Below, piece after piece: positions 26,505 through 38,400 of a stretch of DNA of 64,000 nt. The notes beneath the pieces are model-generated. The model searched no databases. It was not told the origin of the DNA and saw only the letters and a list, made by a program, of their open reading frames with translations. Both the position numbers and the translations under genes were made by a program. Numbering within the stretch: position 1 is the stretch's first letter; each line of letters opens with the position of its first letter. Where the stretch lies: the IMG/VR virus record IMGVR_UViG_3300016744_000001; one strand, written 5' to 3'. Source of the DNA: a virus. Its lineage: Duplodnaviria > Caudoviricetes.

Positions 26505-29500
26505 ATGGCAAAGAAAAACCTTGGGTCATTTAAAGGCCAAGATCGTACCACCAGTAACATGAATTTCGATTTTGATGATGCCGCCTCGGCATTTGATCGT
26601 TTTGATTTCAGCGATGGCGCGAACACCAATACGAAAAATAATCGCAACCCGATTAATGAAGTCCGTCAGGGTATTTCTTCTGCACTTGGATCAGCTCATG
26701 CCACATTTTTTCCAAGTCTGGGGAAACGCATTTCTCAAAGCGTTCCTGACGCAGCAAGATTCGTTGGAGAAGTTGGTGACTTTACCTCAGATCTGTCGTA
26801 TCTCAGCAATCAGTTGCAGCAAGATGTTGCTCCGATGGTGCAACAGCTTAAGCGAGCTGGCCGTACGCTTGGCCCAAGGGTTAAGCAGTTTCTACCAAAG
26901 TCGCTGCAAAACAGATACGACAAGTTGGTTTCAAGCAGTGATGAACAATCCCGCTCGAATGCCAAGCTCACAAAAGAAGACGCTGAAAAGCAAGCGATTG
27001 CAGCTTCTCTTGACGAAGTATTTAAGAAACAATTGCAGGCACAAGCCGATGCAGTTGTAGAACAGAAGACGGATAGTCTTGTTGATCGCGCTCTTTCTGC
27101 TAAGCAACATGGTGAATCATACAGCCAATTGCAAGCTATTCGTGCAGGGGCTGCTTTCCAACAAACATTTCTGCAAGCAATCCAGATCCCGTACATGAAA
27201 AAGGATCTGGAGATCAAGTACAAACATTACTTCGTTGCTAAGGATACCTTAGCAGTGGTGCAAGGTCTGTCAAAGATCGTTGAAAAGAAACTGGATGAAA
27301 TCAGACACAACACTGGTTTGCCGGATGTCCAGAAGCTCACTCGTTGGGAAGGTGTGAAAGAAGCCGGGCTGCAACGCTTTGGCAATGTAATCACCAACTG
27401 GCAAGTGAACATGCTGCGTAAGTTGCAGTCTCGTGTCCTCGATCCCTTTAAAGAAGGGTTGTCGATGGCCGGTGATGCTGCTGAGACCATGGGTGACACA
27501 CTGAGTACGATGGACGAAATGTCTGGTCGTACTCGAGGTGTTGGTGGTCAAAGTGGTAGCATACTTGGCATGATGATCGGCAACAAGCTGGCTAAGGGTG
27601 CTGGCAAGATGTTGTTCGGTGAGCAGTACGGCGCAAAAGGATTGTTGTCTAACAAGATGCTGTCCTTGAATAATCTGTTCAAAAATGCGAAGACAAGATT
27701 GGCACTCAAAGCCCAGCAGATGGCAGAAGACCGTGAAGGTAGTTTGCTGGGTGAAATGCTGTCAATCCTTGCTCCGGATATTCAACGTGGTGGTGGTCGT
27801 ACAACGAACACGATGTTGAAAGATCCGAATGCGCCAGGTACAATCACAAATGCATTTACTCTCTCAGTAACAACGATCATGCCTGGTTATCTGGCAAAGA
27901 TGGTTAAGCTGCTGGAAGAGATCAAAACGGGTAAGCCAGCTGAAGAATTGGTCTTTGACCATGATAGCAATGACTTTATCCGAGTATCAACACTGCAGAA
28001 GAAGTTTGCGTCAGAAGCTTTTGGTAGTACTTCAGATCGTCGTCGAAACATGGCAAAGGCGATTGGTACAATTCGTGGAACATACAAAGCTACGAGTGGT
28101 TCTGACCTGACGGATTTTGACAATGTTCAGGATGACCTGGCTCAATTCATTTCGAACTGTGCAATGTACAAGAAGCAGATTGAGCCATCAGTAATCAAGG
28201 AATTCGCTGGCATTTTCAAGCAGATCAAAACTGATCGTGCTGCAAGTGATGAAGATGTCAGTGATGACTACAGTAACTTTGAAGATGAACTTGCTTCAAT
28301 TGAAGCAGAAGAACGTGTTCTTCGGTACATGCGTGAGACGTTTAAGGGTGTTCAACATCCAGAAGCGTTGCTTGCATTGCTGGCGTCATTGCTGTTTGAT
28401 TCAAATGGCAATCTTGATCGCCAGGCATATTCTTCGATGGATGACGTCCTTGTTGAACAAATGAACAAGGATGAATATCTTGCCGTATTTGACAAGTATG
28501 TCTCAAAATACGGAAATGCTAGACATCTGAAACCATTCATTTCCTCGTCTGGCCGTCAGTTCACCTACAATGAAGCGGAGATTAAACGTCAGCTCTCGTC
28601 AGGTGTGTCGTTGGACGATAAGGACTTTGTGTCCGAACGTGACATGCACACTGATCGAGAAGCTGAGTTGCAGGCGGCACTTCGTCAGCAAATCAGTTTG
28701 AGTGACTTGCTGAAGGACCCGAATTTTGAAGGCGGCGCGGTTGGCAAGACAATGGCGTTTGCTCGTAAACATCTCGGGGAATATGGTCCGCAACTTAAAG
28801 ACATCTCTGCTCAGTGGAAAGCCGGTGTGAATGATGTTTGGCAGAATGACATTAAAGCCAATTTGCCAGATAACGTGAAACAGTGGTTTGTTGATCGAGC
28901 TGATCAATCACGTCAGACCATGCGTGGGATGCAGGATTCCTTCAGCAACGCTGGTGATGCTGCAGCACTGCAGCTTAAACTCAGACGGTTGAAAGAAACC
29001 AATCCCTATCTCGGTTCAGCAGAATCACGTCAGTTTGATCCATTCTGGAGTGAGCACGAACAAGATCAACCCTTTGCTGAAAATGGTGCGTTCTATCGTG
29101 GAGTACCACCTTACGTGATGGCAGCATTCATGAATGGACAAGGTGCCGCTACCCGGTTTAACTTGTCCGCTCCTTCTGATCAGCAAAAGGTTATTCCGGT
29201 TACACTGGAGAATGCAAAAGTTGTTGCTGAGCTGTTGTCTGATGCAATCGCCAAGTCGCACACAGTAGCACCTCAGCAATTTACAACACAAGTCCAAGGT
29301 GACGTCGTTGGTGCAGTCAATCAGTTTGAAGGAACATTTAAGGAATACGCTGAAAAACAATCAGCCATTCCAGAATTGCTCAATCGGCTGATCGATCTGA
29401 CTGGGGCGCTGTCAGGACAAATGGATTCAATTATCGGTAACACCACTAGCACTGTGCGAAAGGTGTTTCGTTGGACGAAAGATCATGCTAACTTCAAGTC

Positions 29501-32500
29501 GCTAGCTTCACTGGCTAAAAAGTCAGTAGCCGTACCTTGGGGTGCAACTAAACTTGCTGGCAGAATGGCTGGGGCAGCGATCCCTGGGGCATGGAATTGG
29601 ACTACTGGTACGGCTCTTCCGTACGCGCAACATCGACTTAAGCAAGGGATTGGGTTGCTTGGAACTGGCGCAAGAATCGCTGGTGGTTTGTCACTAGATG
29701 CTCTTGGTGCTGGTCTCACTGGATTGGGTTTGTCATCTGACGTCCTTGCAGGTAAATTAGCGACTGGGATGCAGTGGGCGAGAGATAAGAAAGATGGAAT
29801 CAAAACACTCTTTACGGGTGGTCTTTCTGATTTCAAAGCTGGCATGAAACGAAAGTGGCAAGATAAGGTTTACGTTGACGTTTACGTTAAAGATAAGGTT
29901 GATCCCGGAAATCCAATCCTGTCAAAACGACAGCAGGAAGATGGGGTTGTCTTTGTCAAGACGGGTAAACGTTTGCTGACTTCATATGCCTTGAATGCTC
30001 CAGTGATGGACCCAAATACTGAAGACATCTTGGTGACCGAACAGAACATCAAAGATGGTCTGGTCGACGTTCACAATCGTGATATCCTTGGGGCACGATC
30101 TGCATTTGGCAAAGCTCTTCAAGGGACAATGGGTCTTGCTGGAACACTCCTTAGAAAAGGAAAGAGCTTGGGCAAGACCATGCTCGGACTGTTGACTGGG
30201 AATATTCCATTTGCAGAACTGCTTGGGAAATCTGCGATGTTGGGTTTGGATGGTGTTCGAGCACTTGGCCGAGGGACTGGAAAGCTCTTTGGTAAAATGT
30301 TTGGATTGTCAGAAGGACTCAATAAGGAAGACCTCAAGAGCATTGTTGGTGATCGTCTTGACATCATCATCGAAATCTTGAGGAAACGTCAACCTGCTGG
30401 ACCTGAACCAAAACCCATTTCGTCCGGACCAAAGCCTGGTGACCGCGATGGTGATGGTAAATCTGATACGATCTTCCAATCAAGAAAACAGAAAGAAGAA
30501 GAAAAAGAAAAGAAGAATGAAGATACGGAGCGTCGTGGCTTCTATGACACAATGCGATCAATCAAAGATGGCATCGTGGGTAAGAAGGGCGAAAAGAAGG
30601 GGCTCATTGATACTCTCATGGGTGCCTTTGGTGCTGGTGGCATCTTCTCTTCCTTGGTTGGTGTAGCGAAAGGTATTTGGAGTGGTGTGTCCTTCATGGG
30701 CTCAGGTATCTTCAAGTTGCTTTCGTTCGTCGGTACGATTGGTCGTCTTCTCGGTCGGGGTATTCCTGGCATTGCAAAAGGTGCATTCTCACTTGGTGGG
30801 GGGCTCTTCCGTCAGTTCATGAAGATGGGCAAAGTTGGGAAACTGCTGACAGCTGGAGCTGGCTTGCTTGGTTTGTCACACCTTTTTGGTGGCAATGAAG
30901 CAGTTGCTGGTGAAACTGACTTGCCTGAAGATCATGACATTGATCAAGGTGGCAGCGGCGGATCAATGCTCGGTGGGATGGCTGGAGACCTTGCACAATA
31001 CGGAATGATGGCTGGTGGGCTTGGACTTGCTAAACGGTTTGGTGGCAAAGCCTTAGCTAAAATTGGTATTCGTGCCGGTGGTAAAATGGCCGCCCGTGGA
31101 GCGATCGCAGCAGCTGGTGCAGGTTCCGGTCCAGTTGGTTGGATTGTTGGCGGTGGATTGTTGGCTATTGATGCCATTGATACATTCGCTTTCGGTGGAA
31201 AATACAGTCAGAACCTCTACAATTGGATCGGCATTGGAACTGATGACTTTGCTGAATCTCGGTGTAAGCTTTACGGCGTCAACACTGATTTTAAAGTAAA
31301 GAACCTGATTGGTGATGGTGGTTTGCGACAAACGATCAAACTCGAAGATCGTATCTACGACATGCTCACCAAGAATGCCCCACCCTTGAATGACCGTGAT
31401 TATGAAGCATGGACTGATAAGTTCGGTCTTGACTCTTCTGATCCGGCTCAGGTAAAGTATTGGGTGACATGGTTCCGTCGTCGTTTCCTGCCAATCTGTA
31501 AGTGCTATCTTAAAGCACTGCAAGATGAGAAAGTTGGGTATAACGAAGTTGGTCAAGCCAGTGATGGCACGAAGAACAAAATCTTGCAGATCATGCAAGG
31601 TGAGTGCAGCGTTGTAATCCAGAATACCCAAGGCCTTGAACCGACACCTGAAGCATTTAAGAAGTTCAAGGAAAGTGAAGAGAAATGGAAATCTGACAAG
31701 TCCAATGAAGGGAGCAAAGCAAAAGCTGATGCTGCTCGTCAGGACAGAGATTCCAAGATCAAAACCGAGAAAGAATCCGGTGGTAGTGGCAAGTACGATC
31801 TGAGTGCTAGTGAAGCTGCTGCAGTTGGATCAACTAGCGGAGCAGGAGCTCTTGGTGAAGCACAAGCAGCAAAGAACAAAACTGAATATGCTTCTGTCCT
31901 TGCGGCGGCTGGTGGCAATGCTGGTGTTGCCAGAATGCTCGGTGGTGATGCTTTTAATGCTGGCAAGGGTAACGCCTTTACTGGTGGGATTATCCCCGGT
32001 GGAGCAGGTACGTATGCTGGTGGGAATAATGGTGCTGGTGGTCCTGCAGTCACAAGTGGTGGGGCCACTGGTAGTGTGGATATGACTGGGGTGAATCCGG
32101 CGAATATTACAGGGAAAGATGGTGAACTTGGTAGCTATGTTGCTAAGTTTGAATCTGGTAGTAAAGGTAGCGCCGCAATTTCATACGACCCACCTGGTGG
32201 CACCTCGTATGGTTCTTATCAGTTGTCATCACGAATGGGTTCATTGAGAGAGTTCGTTGAGTGGTGTAAAACTGAAGCTCCAGATGTTTACAAAGCTTTG
32301 ATGCCTCTGGTTGGTAAGGCGAACACCGGTAGCTCTAAAGGTGAGTTCCCGAACGCTTGGCTCCAACTGGTTAAAGATGGCAAGATTACTCATGACTTGG
32401 AACACAAGTTTTACGTGTCCAAGTTCTACAATAAAGCCATGGGGATATTGCAGAAGCAGTCTCCTGAAGTGGCTCAGTTTGTTCAAGGAAATCGTGCACT

Positions 32501-33317
32501 TCAAGAAGCTTTCTGGTCTTGTGCTATCCAGCATGGACCTGGTGGAGCAGTTCGGTTGTTCACGAACTATTGGAAGAAAGACATCACCCCAGAAGCGTTT
32601 GCTCGTGCTTTGTACGGTGAACGCTTTACAGAAAAGTACTTTCCAAGGTTGGCATCATCCGATCCTGGGATGCTCAGAAGCATCGCTAAGACTCGTGGCC
32701 CACAAGAACTTGGAGTTATTCTTGGGTTGATGAAACAAGGTGGTGGCCCAGCCGATCCTAACAGTGGTGGAGCAGCTCCGGCTGGTGCTACTCCAGATGC
32801 TGGTGGAGGTGGCGAAGCTGCCGGTGGTGGTGAAGGTGGAGGCAGTGCTCAGACTGTTACTCCTTCAGACGGTGGGACACCAGCCGGTGCTGATGCCGGT
32901 GGTGGGAGCACTGTGTCAGTTGCTGGCGCTGGTTCTCCTGCTGCAGTTGAAGCTGCTCCAGCTGGAGGTAGTGGGGGTGGAGAAGGTGGTGCAGCCGCTG
33001 CTCCTTCGCTCGCAACTTCCCATGGTGGAGCTGATGGTGGGGCACCTGCTGGTGCAGTTCCAGTCAGTACAACAACAGCTACTCCAGCGAATGGTCAATC
33101 AGGTAATACTGACTTGCTTGGGGTTCTGACAAAGATCCTTGAAGTAATCACGGCGTTGGCTAATTCTGGACAATCAATTCCGGATTTGTTGCAGCAACTG
33201 ATTGGTGTAAGTCAACAGTCAGTAGCAACAATGGCAGCTGCCGGTCAGGGTAATCAAAGCCCAACACCGTTCAGTGCAAACCTGGTTGGTACAAAAGTAA
33301 GACGGCAAACCGCTTAA
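26505..33317 (+). CDS. tape-measure/tail-tip protein with C-terminal lysozyme-like (VgrG3-C-like) peptidoglycan hydrolase (phiKZ gp181-like)
   Basis: 2270 aa, helical and G/A-rich; DVYVK...GLVD repeat unit; LGSYVAKFESG...GGTSYGSYQL...WSCAIQHGPG. Confidence 0.85.
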   Translation: MAKKNLGSFKGQDRTTSNMNFDFDDAASAFDRFDFSDGANTNTKNNRNPINEVRQGISSALGSAHATFFPSLGKRISQSVPDAARFVGEVGDFTSDLSYLSNQLQQDVAPMVQQLKRAGRTLGPRVKQFLPKSLQNRYDKLVSSSDEQSRSNAKLTKEDAEKQAIAASLDEVFKKQLQAQADAVVEQKTDSLVDRALSAKQHGESYSQLQAIRAGAAFQQTFLQAIQIPYMKKDLEIKYKHYFVAKDTLAVVQGLSKIVEKKLDEIRHNTGLPDVQKLTRWEGVKEAGLQRFGNVITNWQVNMLRKLQSRVLDPFKEGLSMAGDAAETMGDTLSTMDEMSGRTRGVGGQSGSILGMMIGNKLAKGAGKMLFGEQYGAKGLLSNKMLSLNNLFKNAKTRLALKAQQMAEDREGSLLGEMLSILAPDIQRGGGRTTNTMLKDPNAPGTITNAFTLSVTTIMPGYLAKMVKLLEEIKTGKPAEELVFDHDSNDFIRVSTLQKKFASEAFGSTSDRRRNMAKAIGTIRGTYKATSGSDLTDFDNVQDDLAQFISNCAMYKKQIEPSVIKEFAGIFKQIKTDRAASDEDVSDDYSNFEDELASIEAEERVLRYMRETFKGVQHPEALLALLASLLFDSNGNLDRQAYSSMDDVLVEQMNKDEYLAVFDKYVSKYGNARHLKPFISSSGRQFTYNEAEIKRQLSSGVSLDDKDFVSERDMHTDREAELQAALRQQISLSDLLKDPNFEGGAVGKTMAFARKHLGEYGPQLKDISAQWKAGVNDVWQNDIKANLPDNVKQWFVDRADQSRQTMRGMQDSFSNAGDAAALQLKLRRLKETNPYLGSAESRQFDPFWSEHEQDQPFAENGAFYRGVPPYVMAAFMNGQGAATRFNLSAPSDQQKVIPVTLENAKVVAELLSDAIAKSHTVAPQQFTTQVQGDVVGAVNQFEGTFKEYAEKQSAIPELLNRLIDLTGALSGQMDSIIGNTTSTVRKVFRWTKDHANFKSLASLAKKSVAVPWGATKLAGRMAGAAIPGAWNWTTGTALPYAQHRLKQGIGLLGTGARIAGGLSLDALGAGLTGLGLSSDVLAGKLATGMQWARDKKDGIKTLFTGGLSDFKAGMKRKWQDKVYVDVYVKDKVDPGNPILSKRQQEDGVVFVKTGKRLLTSYALNAPVMDPNTEDILVTEQNIKDGLVDVHNRDILGARSAFGKALQGTMGLAGTLLRKGKSLGKTMLGLLTGNIPFAELLGKSAMLGLDGVRALGRGTGKLFGKMFGLSEGLNKEDLKSIVGDRLDIIIEILRKRQPAGPEPKPISSGPKPGDRDGDGKSDTIFQSRKQKEEEKEKKNEDTERRGFYDTMRSIKDGIVGKKGEKKGLIDTLMGAFGAGGIFSSLVGVAKGIWSGVSFMGSGIFKLLSFVGTIGRLLGRGIPGIAKGAFSLGGGLFRQFMKMGKVGKLLTAGAGLLGLSHLFGGNEAVAGETDLPEDHDIDQGGSGGSMLGGMAGDLAQYGMMAGGLGLAKRFGGKALAKIGIRAGGKMAARGAIAAAGAGSGPVGWIVGGGLLAIDAIDTFAFGGKYSQNLYNWIGIGTDDFAESRCKLYGVNTDFKVKNLIGDGGLRQTIKLEDRIYDMLTKNAPPLNDRDYEAWTDKFGLDSSDPAQVKYWVTWFRRRFLPICKCYLKALQDEKVGYNEVGQASDGTKNKILQIMQGECSVVIQNTQGLEPTPEAFKKFKESEEKWKSDKSNEGSKAKADAARQDRDSKIKTEKESGGSGKYDLSASEAAAVGSTSGAGALGEAQAAKNKTEYASVLAAAGGNAGVARMLGGDAFNAGKGNAFTGGIIPGGAGTYAGGNNGAGGPAVTSGGATGSVDMTGVNPANITGKDGELGSYVAKFESGSKGSAAISYDPPGGTSYGSYQLSSRMGSLREFVEWCKTEAPDVYKALMPLVGKANTGSSKGEFPNAWLQLVKDGKITHDLEHKFYVSKFYNKAMGILQKQSPEVAQFVQGNRALQEAFWSCAIQHGPGGAVRLFTNYWKKDITPEAFARALYGERFTEKYFPRLASSDPGMLRSIAKTRGPQELGVILGLMKQGGGPADPNSGGAAPAGATPDAGGGGEAAGGGEGGGSAQTVTPSDGGTPAGADAGGGSTVSVAGAGSPAAVEAAPAGGSGGGEGGAAAAPSLATSHGGADGGAPAGAVPVSTTTATPANGQSGNTDLLGVLTKILEVITALANSGQSIPDLLQQLIGVSQQSVATMAAAGQGNQSPTPFSANLVGTKVRRQTA

Positions 33318-33320
33318 TTC

Positions 33321-33356
33321 TGATCAGTGAGAGTGGATATCCACTCTCACTGATCA
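33321..33356. terminator. 36-bp perfect palindrome
   Basis: tgatcagtgagagtggatatccactctcactgatca. Confidence 0.65.
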
Positions 33357-33394
33357 TCCTGTGCTTTTCTACTGCTAGATTGATGGAGATCACA

Positions 33395-35389
33395 ATGGCG
33401 ACATCACAAGAACAGATGGCTACAAATACAAATCGGTTTACAGCGAACGCTGAAGGGATTTATCAGAGTAATCCCTTTTCCGACCGAACAATTGGTGCAT
33501 ATTTGCACCCGTATGCGTTTACGCTCAGATCTTCATTTAGCACCTACGCACAATCTTTGCAAGAACTGTTTAGGTTTGATAAAGATGGTGCGGATGCCAC
33601 TGCAACAAACATGAGATCTGGTCAGATCTCAGCGGATGCTTTGTACTCTTCAGCTACTGCCGACAATGCTACTTTTACCAAATTTTCGGTTGCGGACACT
33701 TCACTTGGTGGGAATGAAGCAATCAACTGTCGGTGGGGATTTGGTAGAGATGATGACATCATCCACCCGATGAACGCTCTGATGGGACAACCAGAACTTG
33801 GTGGGATTGGTCGAGTCTATATGGACATGTACCAGACTACCCAACAATTGCTGCACATCACGGTCGGTGTTCCTGAATTCCAAAAGCTGTGGGAGTTCTA
33901 TTCAACAGCAGTTGATGCTGATCTCTGCAGTGACGTTAACAGTGGTAACGCACTGAAAATTGGTCGTTTGTTTGGATCAGCAATCGGTGGTGCGGCTAAG
34001 TTGGCATTCACCGCGTTCACTTGGCCATATCACTTTACGGTGTGGTTGGCAGATTTCTTGAGCCCCAATGATCGTGTTACCCGGTACTACGATCTTGATC
34101 CAGCGATGCCTCTGTATTATCGCTACGTGAACTCCATCCTTGTACACTTGTGCTGTAACCTTGGGTGGTATCCAAATGCTTGGGACATCCCTGATGCATT
34201 TAACCCAAAAGCAGGTACTGGTGGTACAACTTCAGGTAGTCAGGCGAACACGTCATACATGGAGTTACTGAAGTCCTCTGGTGCCAACAACAATGGTGAA
34301 CCAAACGAAGCTGCATTGCCTGGATTTTTACAAGGGTGCGGGCCAAACATCTACAAGATCATCTCAAAACGAGATTATCGTCTTGGTTTGAACTTGACGA
34401 TGCAGAACAAAGACACTGACGACTTCTTGTCGAGAGCAGCAAGAAAAGCCGCACCTGATGGATTCTGGGATATTTTCACTCAGCGTGCTCGAGCTTCTGC
34501 TACTGGTGCTGACAAGTACATTTCTTTCCGGATTAACAAATCCACGGATAGTAGCGAAGCGATCTCAAACTCCACAGGTCAATCAACGGTTGCTCAGTTT
34601 TTCAATAGTCAAGCAGCCGCTGGCCGAGATCGAACATTCAGTAGTGGTGGTTCAATTCTGAACAACGTGCCGGTCATTGGTAGCATCTTGAAAGGTGCGT
34701 CTGACGTTGTGATGGGTGTTGCTACAAAAGCTGGCTTTGCTGGTCTTGCTGCTGCCGTGATGACTGGTAGTGGTTTTTTGGATATTCCAGACATCTGGTT
34801 GAGTAGCAGTTTCTCAAAGAACTACAACTTCTCATTCCAGTTGCGAGCGCCGGCCGCTGACAACTTGTCAATTACACAGTCTTTGTACGTGCCATTAGCA
34901 ATGCTCTTGCCGTTGGCATGTCCAAGATCTGTTGGTCTGAATGCATACACGTCACCATTTCTGGTGAAAGCGTACTGTAAGGGTATGTTTGCAATTCCAC
35001 TTGGGATTGTTGAAAACTTGTCAATCCAACGTGGTTCAAGTGAATTTGGTTGGAACTTGAGTCGACTCCCAACAGTCCTCAATATTTCCATGACCATCAA
35101 GGATCTTGCACCAATCATGCATCTTGCAATCGCTGATGGACCATCAGGTGTTCAGATCTTTGGTAACAATACTTCGTTCCAAGAGTACCTGTTGACCCTT
35201 TCAGCAATGGGTCCGAATGAACGCTTGCTCACTTTGAACAATGTGTTCCGTCGGTTGTACATCATCAACGCCTTGGTGAAGACCACATGGGGCAACCCAG
35301 CATTGTACTTTGGTACGTCGTTGGGTGGTTCAGCAGTTGGTCGGATTTACGGGACTATGGCACCTACATCTCTGTTGCCTAACAACTAG
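33395..35389 (+). CDS. virion/baseplate structural protein (phiKZ gp182-like)
   Basis: DTSLGGNEAIN, GIGRVY, MPLYYRYVN, FLDIPDIW, YTSPFL, LGIVENLSIQRG motifs; follows the gp181-like gene. Confidence 0.75.
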   Translation: MATSQEQMATNTNRFTANAEGIYQSNPFSDRTIGAYLHPYAFTLRSSFSTYAQSLQELFRFDKDGADATATNMRSGQISADALYSSATADNATFTKFSVADTSLGGNEAINCRWGFGRDDDIIHPMNALMGQPELGGIGRVYMDMYQTTQQLLHITVGVPEFQKLWEFYSTAVDADLCSDVNSGNALKIGRLFGSAIGGAAKLAFTAFTWPYHFTVWLADFLSPNDRVTRYYDLDPAMPLYYRYVNSILVHLCCNLGWYPNAWDIPDAFNPKAGTGGTTSGSQANTSYMELLKSSGANNNGEPNEAALPGFLQGCGPNIYKIISKRDYRLGLNLTMQNKDTDDFLSRAARKAAPDGFWDIFTQRARASATGADKYISFRINKSTDSSEAISNSTGQSTVAQFFNSQAAAGRDRTFSSGGSILNNVPVIGSILKGASDVVMGVATKAGFAGLAAAVMTGSGFLDIPDIWLSSSFSKNYNFSFQLRAPAADNLSITQSLYVPLAMLLPLACPRSVGLNAYTSPFLVKAYCKGMFAIPLGIVENLSIQRGSSEFGWNLSRLPTVLNISMTIKDLAPIMHLAIADGPSGVQIFGNNTSFQEYLLTLSAMGPNERLLTLNNVFRRLYIINALVKTTWGNPALYFGTSLGGSAVGRIYGTMAPTSLLPNN

Positions 35390-35398
35390 GCAAGATTA

Positions 35399-35431
35399 TC
35401 TCATGACGTGGGAGTGGCCCACGTCATGAGA
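35399..35431. terminator. 14-bp perfect hairpin
   Basis: tctcatgacgtggg-agtgg-cccacgtcatgaga. Confidence 0.6.
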
Positions 35432-35445
35432 CTACCGGAGCTGAT

Positions 35446-38400
35446 ATGAATGATTTCAAAGGTATCGCGGTTAATGCGACGGATGATCAACTTCTTCAAG
35501 CTGGTCAGGAACGACTTGCTTACAATATCTTTTTTCGGACCATGCACTGCTGGAAGATTGGTGATGTTTCAGCGACCAAGTTTAAAGAAGCCCCACCGAA
35601 AATCCAGCTACCGCTAAACTCTGTTGTCCACATTCTGGATAACTTTGGTCGGATTGAGAAAGGTGAACCAATTCACGACACCCCCTTTCTTGATCTACCC
35701 TTCATTCGGAATGAAAACTTCCGAAAATACATGTACCATGTTCAGGAACCAGTCACCGATGGGATTCTGAAAACACCCACTGATTACATTTACCGGACGA
35801 TGCAGCTGCAGAGAAATCTGGAGAAGTTCAAGTCTCAGAATTCTGGTAAATACCTGATCATCCGTAACATGGCCCAGATCGGGGAACGTGGTCCGTTCCT
35901 TGGGATCATCAACCACAACCCCGTGTTTCGCTTGTTTTGCCGTGGCATCATGCCTTATTGGAGAGCAGTTAATCACTGTTTGACCAGTGTGTTCAACGTT
36001 GCTTTGCAGATGCCAGAGAAGCTGCACTACTTCTTTATTCCGCTTGCTCCGAAGATTTTTGTGAAGAGCAAGTTCCAGCAAACATCTTTTCGCATTACCA
36101 CTGGGAGTTTGATTGAAAAGACCAGCTACCAGTACATGCTCTTCGTTCATTTGTACAACTTTGTTAACGCAGTTTGTACAGTACCATCACTGTTTGACCA
36201 GATCCCAAAAGACATGTTGTCCAAACTGAACCTTGTTTTCTACATGGGAGATGAGTTTCTGTTTTGGTCATTGCAGGATCTGATCACGTTGAACGAACGG
36301 AATCAGATTTACACGAAACTGTTCAATCATTTTAATGGTTTCGTACTGCACGGAATTGCCAAAGAGCAAGCGAAAGCTATCAGTGTGGTTGACTTCAATG
36401 ACCCAACTGATAGTCGTGAGCAAACGGCAATTAACGATGACCAGATTGAGAAGAGTATTGCCGATAACTTCTGCAAGATCACTGCATCGAATCGAAGTGA
36501 AGTTCTCGGTTCATCAACCGGGCAGTCCGCTGAAACCACTGACGCACTACTGACAAAGGCTGACGAACGCGATCTGGAACGATTGCTGGTCAGCATCAAT
36601 GGTGTCAACTTCAACATGTCAACCAAGGACATGACGTCATTGGACATCTCTGATGTCAATGAACTGGTTGAGAAAGAATCCAATGACCCAATCGACTCGG
36701 TCACAACTTCTGAGGACAATCCTGAAGAAGATGGTCAGGATGATTCGCCTCAAGTGTATCCTGACGAAGAAGCGGTCAAAGAGTTTTTTAGTCCAGTTTA
36801 TCAAACAGAAGAAGAGCTGAACTCAGTCCGACTGCCGAATGATGATCACACCCCGGTGGAATCACCTGAGCAGATGGTGAAGATGGGTGAAGCTTACATG
36901 CAGCAGCTTGATCAGAAGGCGATCACCACAATCCAGAAGAATCCAATACTGACAATGGCTCAAAAAGAACGTGCCTTGAAGATGGCACAGAGCTACAAGA
37001 CGGTTGAGTTCAATGGGATTCCACTTGCGAAACTGATCACATCAAAAGTCGATCCACGAATCGGTCCAGTTAGTGATGTCACTAACCTCAAAGATGCGCT
37101 TCCAGATCCTAGCATGATCCATTCTTCAATCACCGATCTTGATCAGGTGTACCTGAAGAAGATGCATCATCGACACATGGCGGCAGTAGCCGCTTCGATG
37201 GCAGCTCACGGCATGTACCTGCAAGCTATTGAAGAACGTGTCACGAATACTGAATTGACTCAAACGAAGGACTATTCGTTTAAGTACAAGACAGTGCATG
37301 GAAAGCAACACTCAATTAACTTTTCCATGCCGATCATTCGGGACGATGGGACATTCCTGGTCAATGGTATTCGTTCGGTGATGTCGAAGCAGTTGTACAA
37401 CAAACCAATTGCGAAGATTTCACCCACTCGTGTGTCGTTGTCATCCAACTACAACAAAACAATCGTTGAGAAGTTGAGTGCATCGTCACACGACTTTGCC
37501 GTTTACTTCAACAACGTGGTGAACTACATCAACTCAGCGAATCCAAAAGCACTCGAGGTTGAGTACGGGATTCGTAAGTTTGATGGTGAAGTAGATTGTG
37601 CCTACGAATACATGCAGATTGCTAAACGCTATTCTGCAATCAAGATCAACCATCAATCTCAGAAAGCAACATCCTTCCTGTACTTTGGTGATCCAGCGGA
37701 CAGGAAAGCGGTCATGTTTGAACCGATGCGCAACTTGACACCAGCTCAATGGAAAGAAATCGAAGCTTACGAAAAAGAGCACAAGGTTATTTTCATTGGG
37801 ATGAAGTCAGGCACGGCGGCATATTGCCCAGCGTACTACTACATTGATCGTGGTAGTCGTCTGATCATGACTGGGGTGTGGGAGAAAGAAACATTCACCG
37901 TTCCGATCTCCATCCTTGATTTGATTCAAGGTGCAACTGGCGTCAGTTATGGCAAACAACTCACTGAATGGGTTGACATCAAGATTCTTGATGGTAAATT
38001 CCCAGTAGGGTTCTTGCTGTGTTATCGGTTTGGTTTGTTGACGATGCTTCGTCGGATGAACGCGAAGTACAAGATCGTCAATACTCGAGCCTTGAAGAAT
38101 GAAAATCTGAAAGCCACTGATGTGGTTCTTCGGTTTGCTGATAATAAAGCTTTGGTCATTCCACGCTATCCTTTAAAGGTGTCTCTCATCTTTCAAGGGT
38201 TGGCAATGTTTGATCTGAAGCTGGGTGCGATTGAGGAATACGAGCACAAGGATATCTACTATCGCTTGCTCATGGACAAAAAGCAAGGCAATGGACGAAC
38301 AAACTACCTGATTGGTATTGATGACACATTTGACATGTTCATTGACACCATGACGTACGACCGTCTTGTCCAGATGAAAGAACCAACGACTTTTGAAGGT

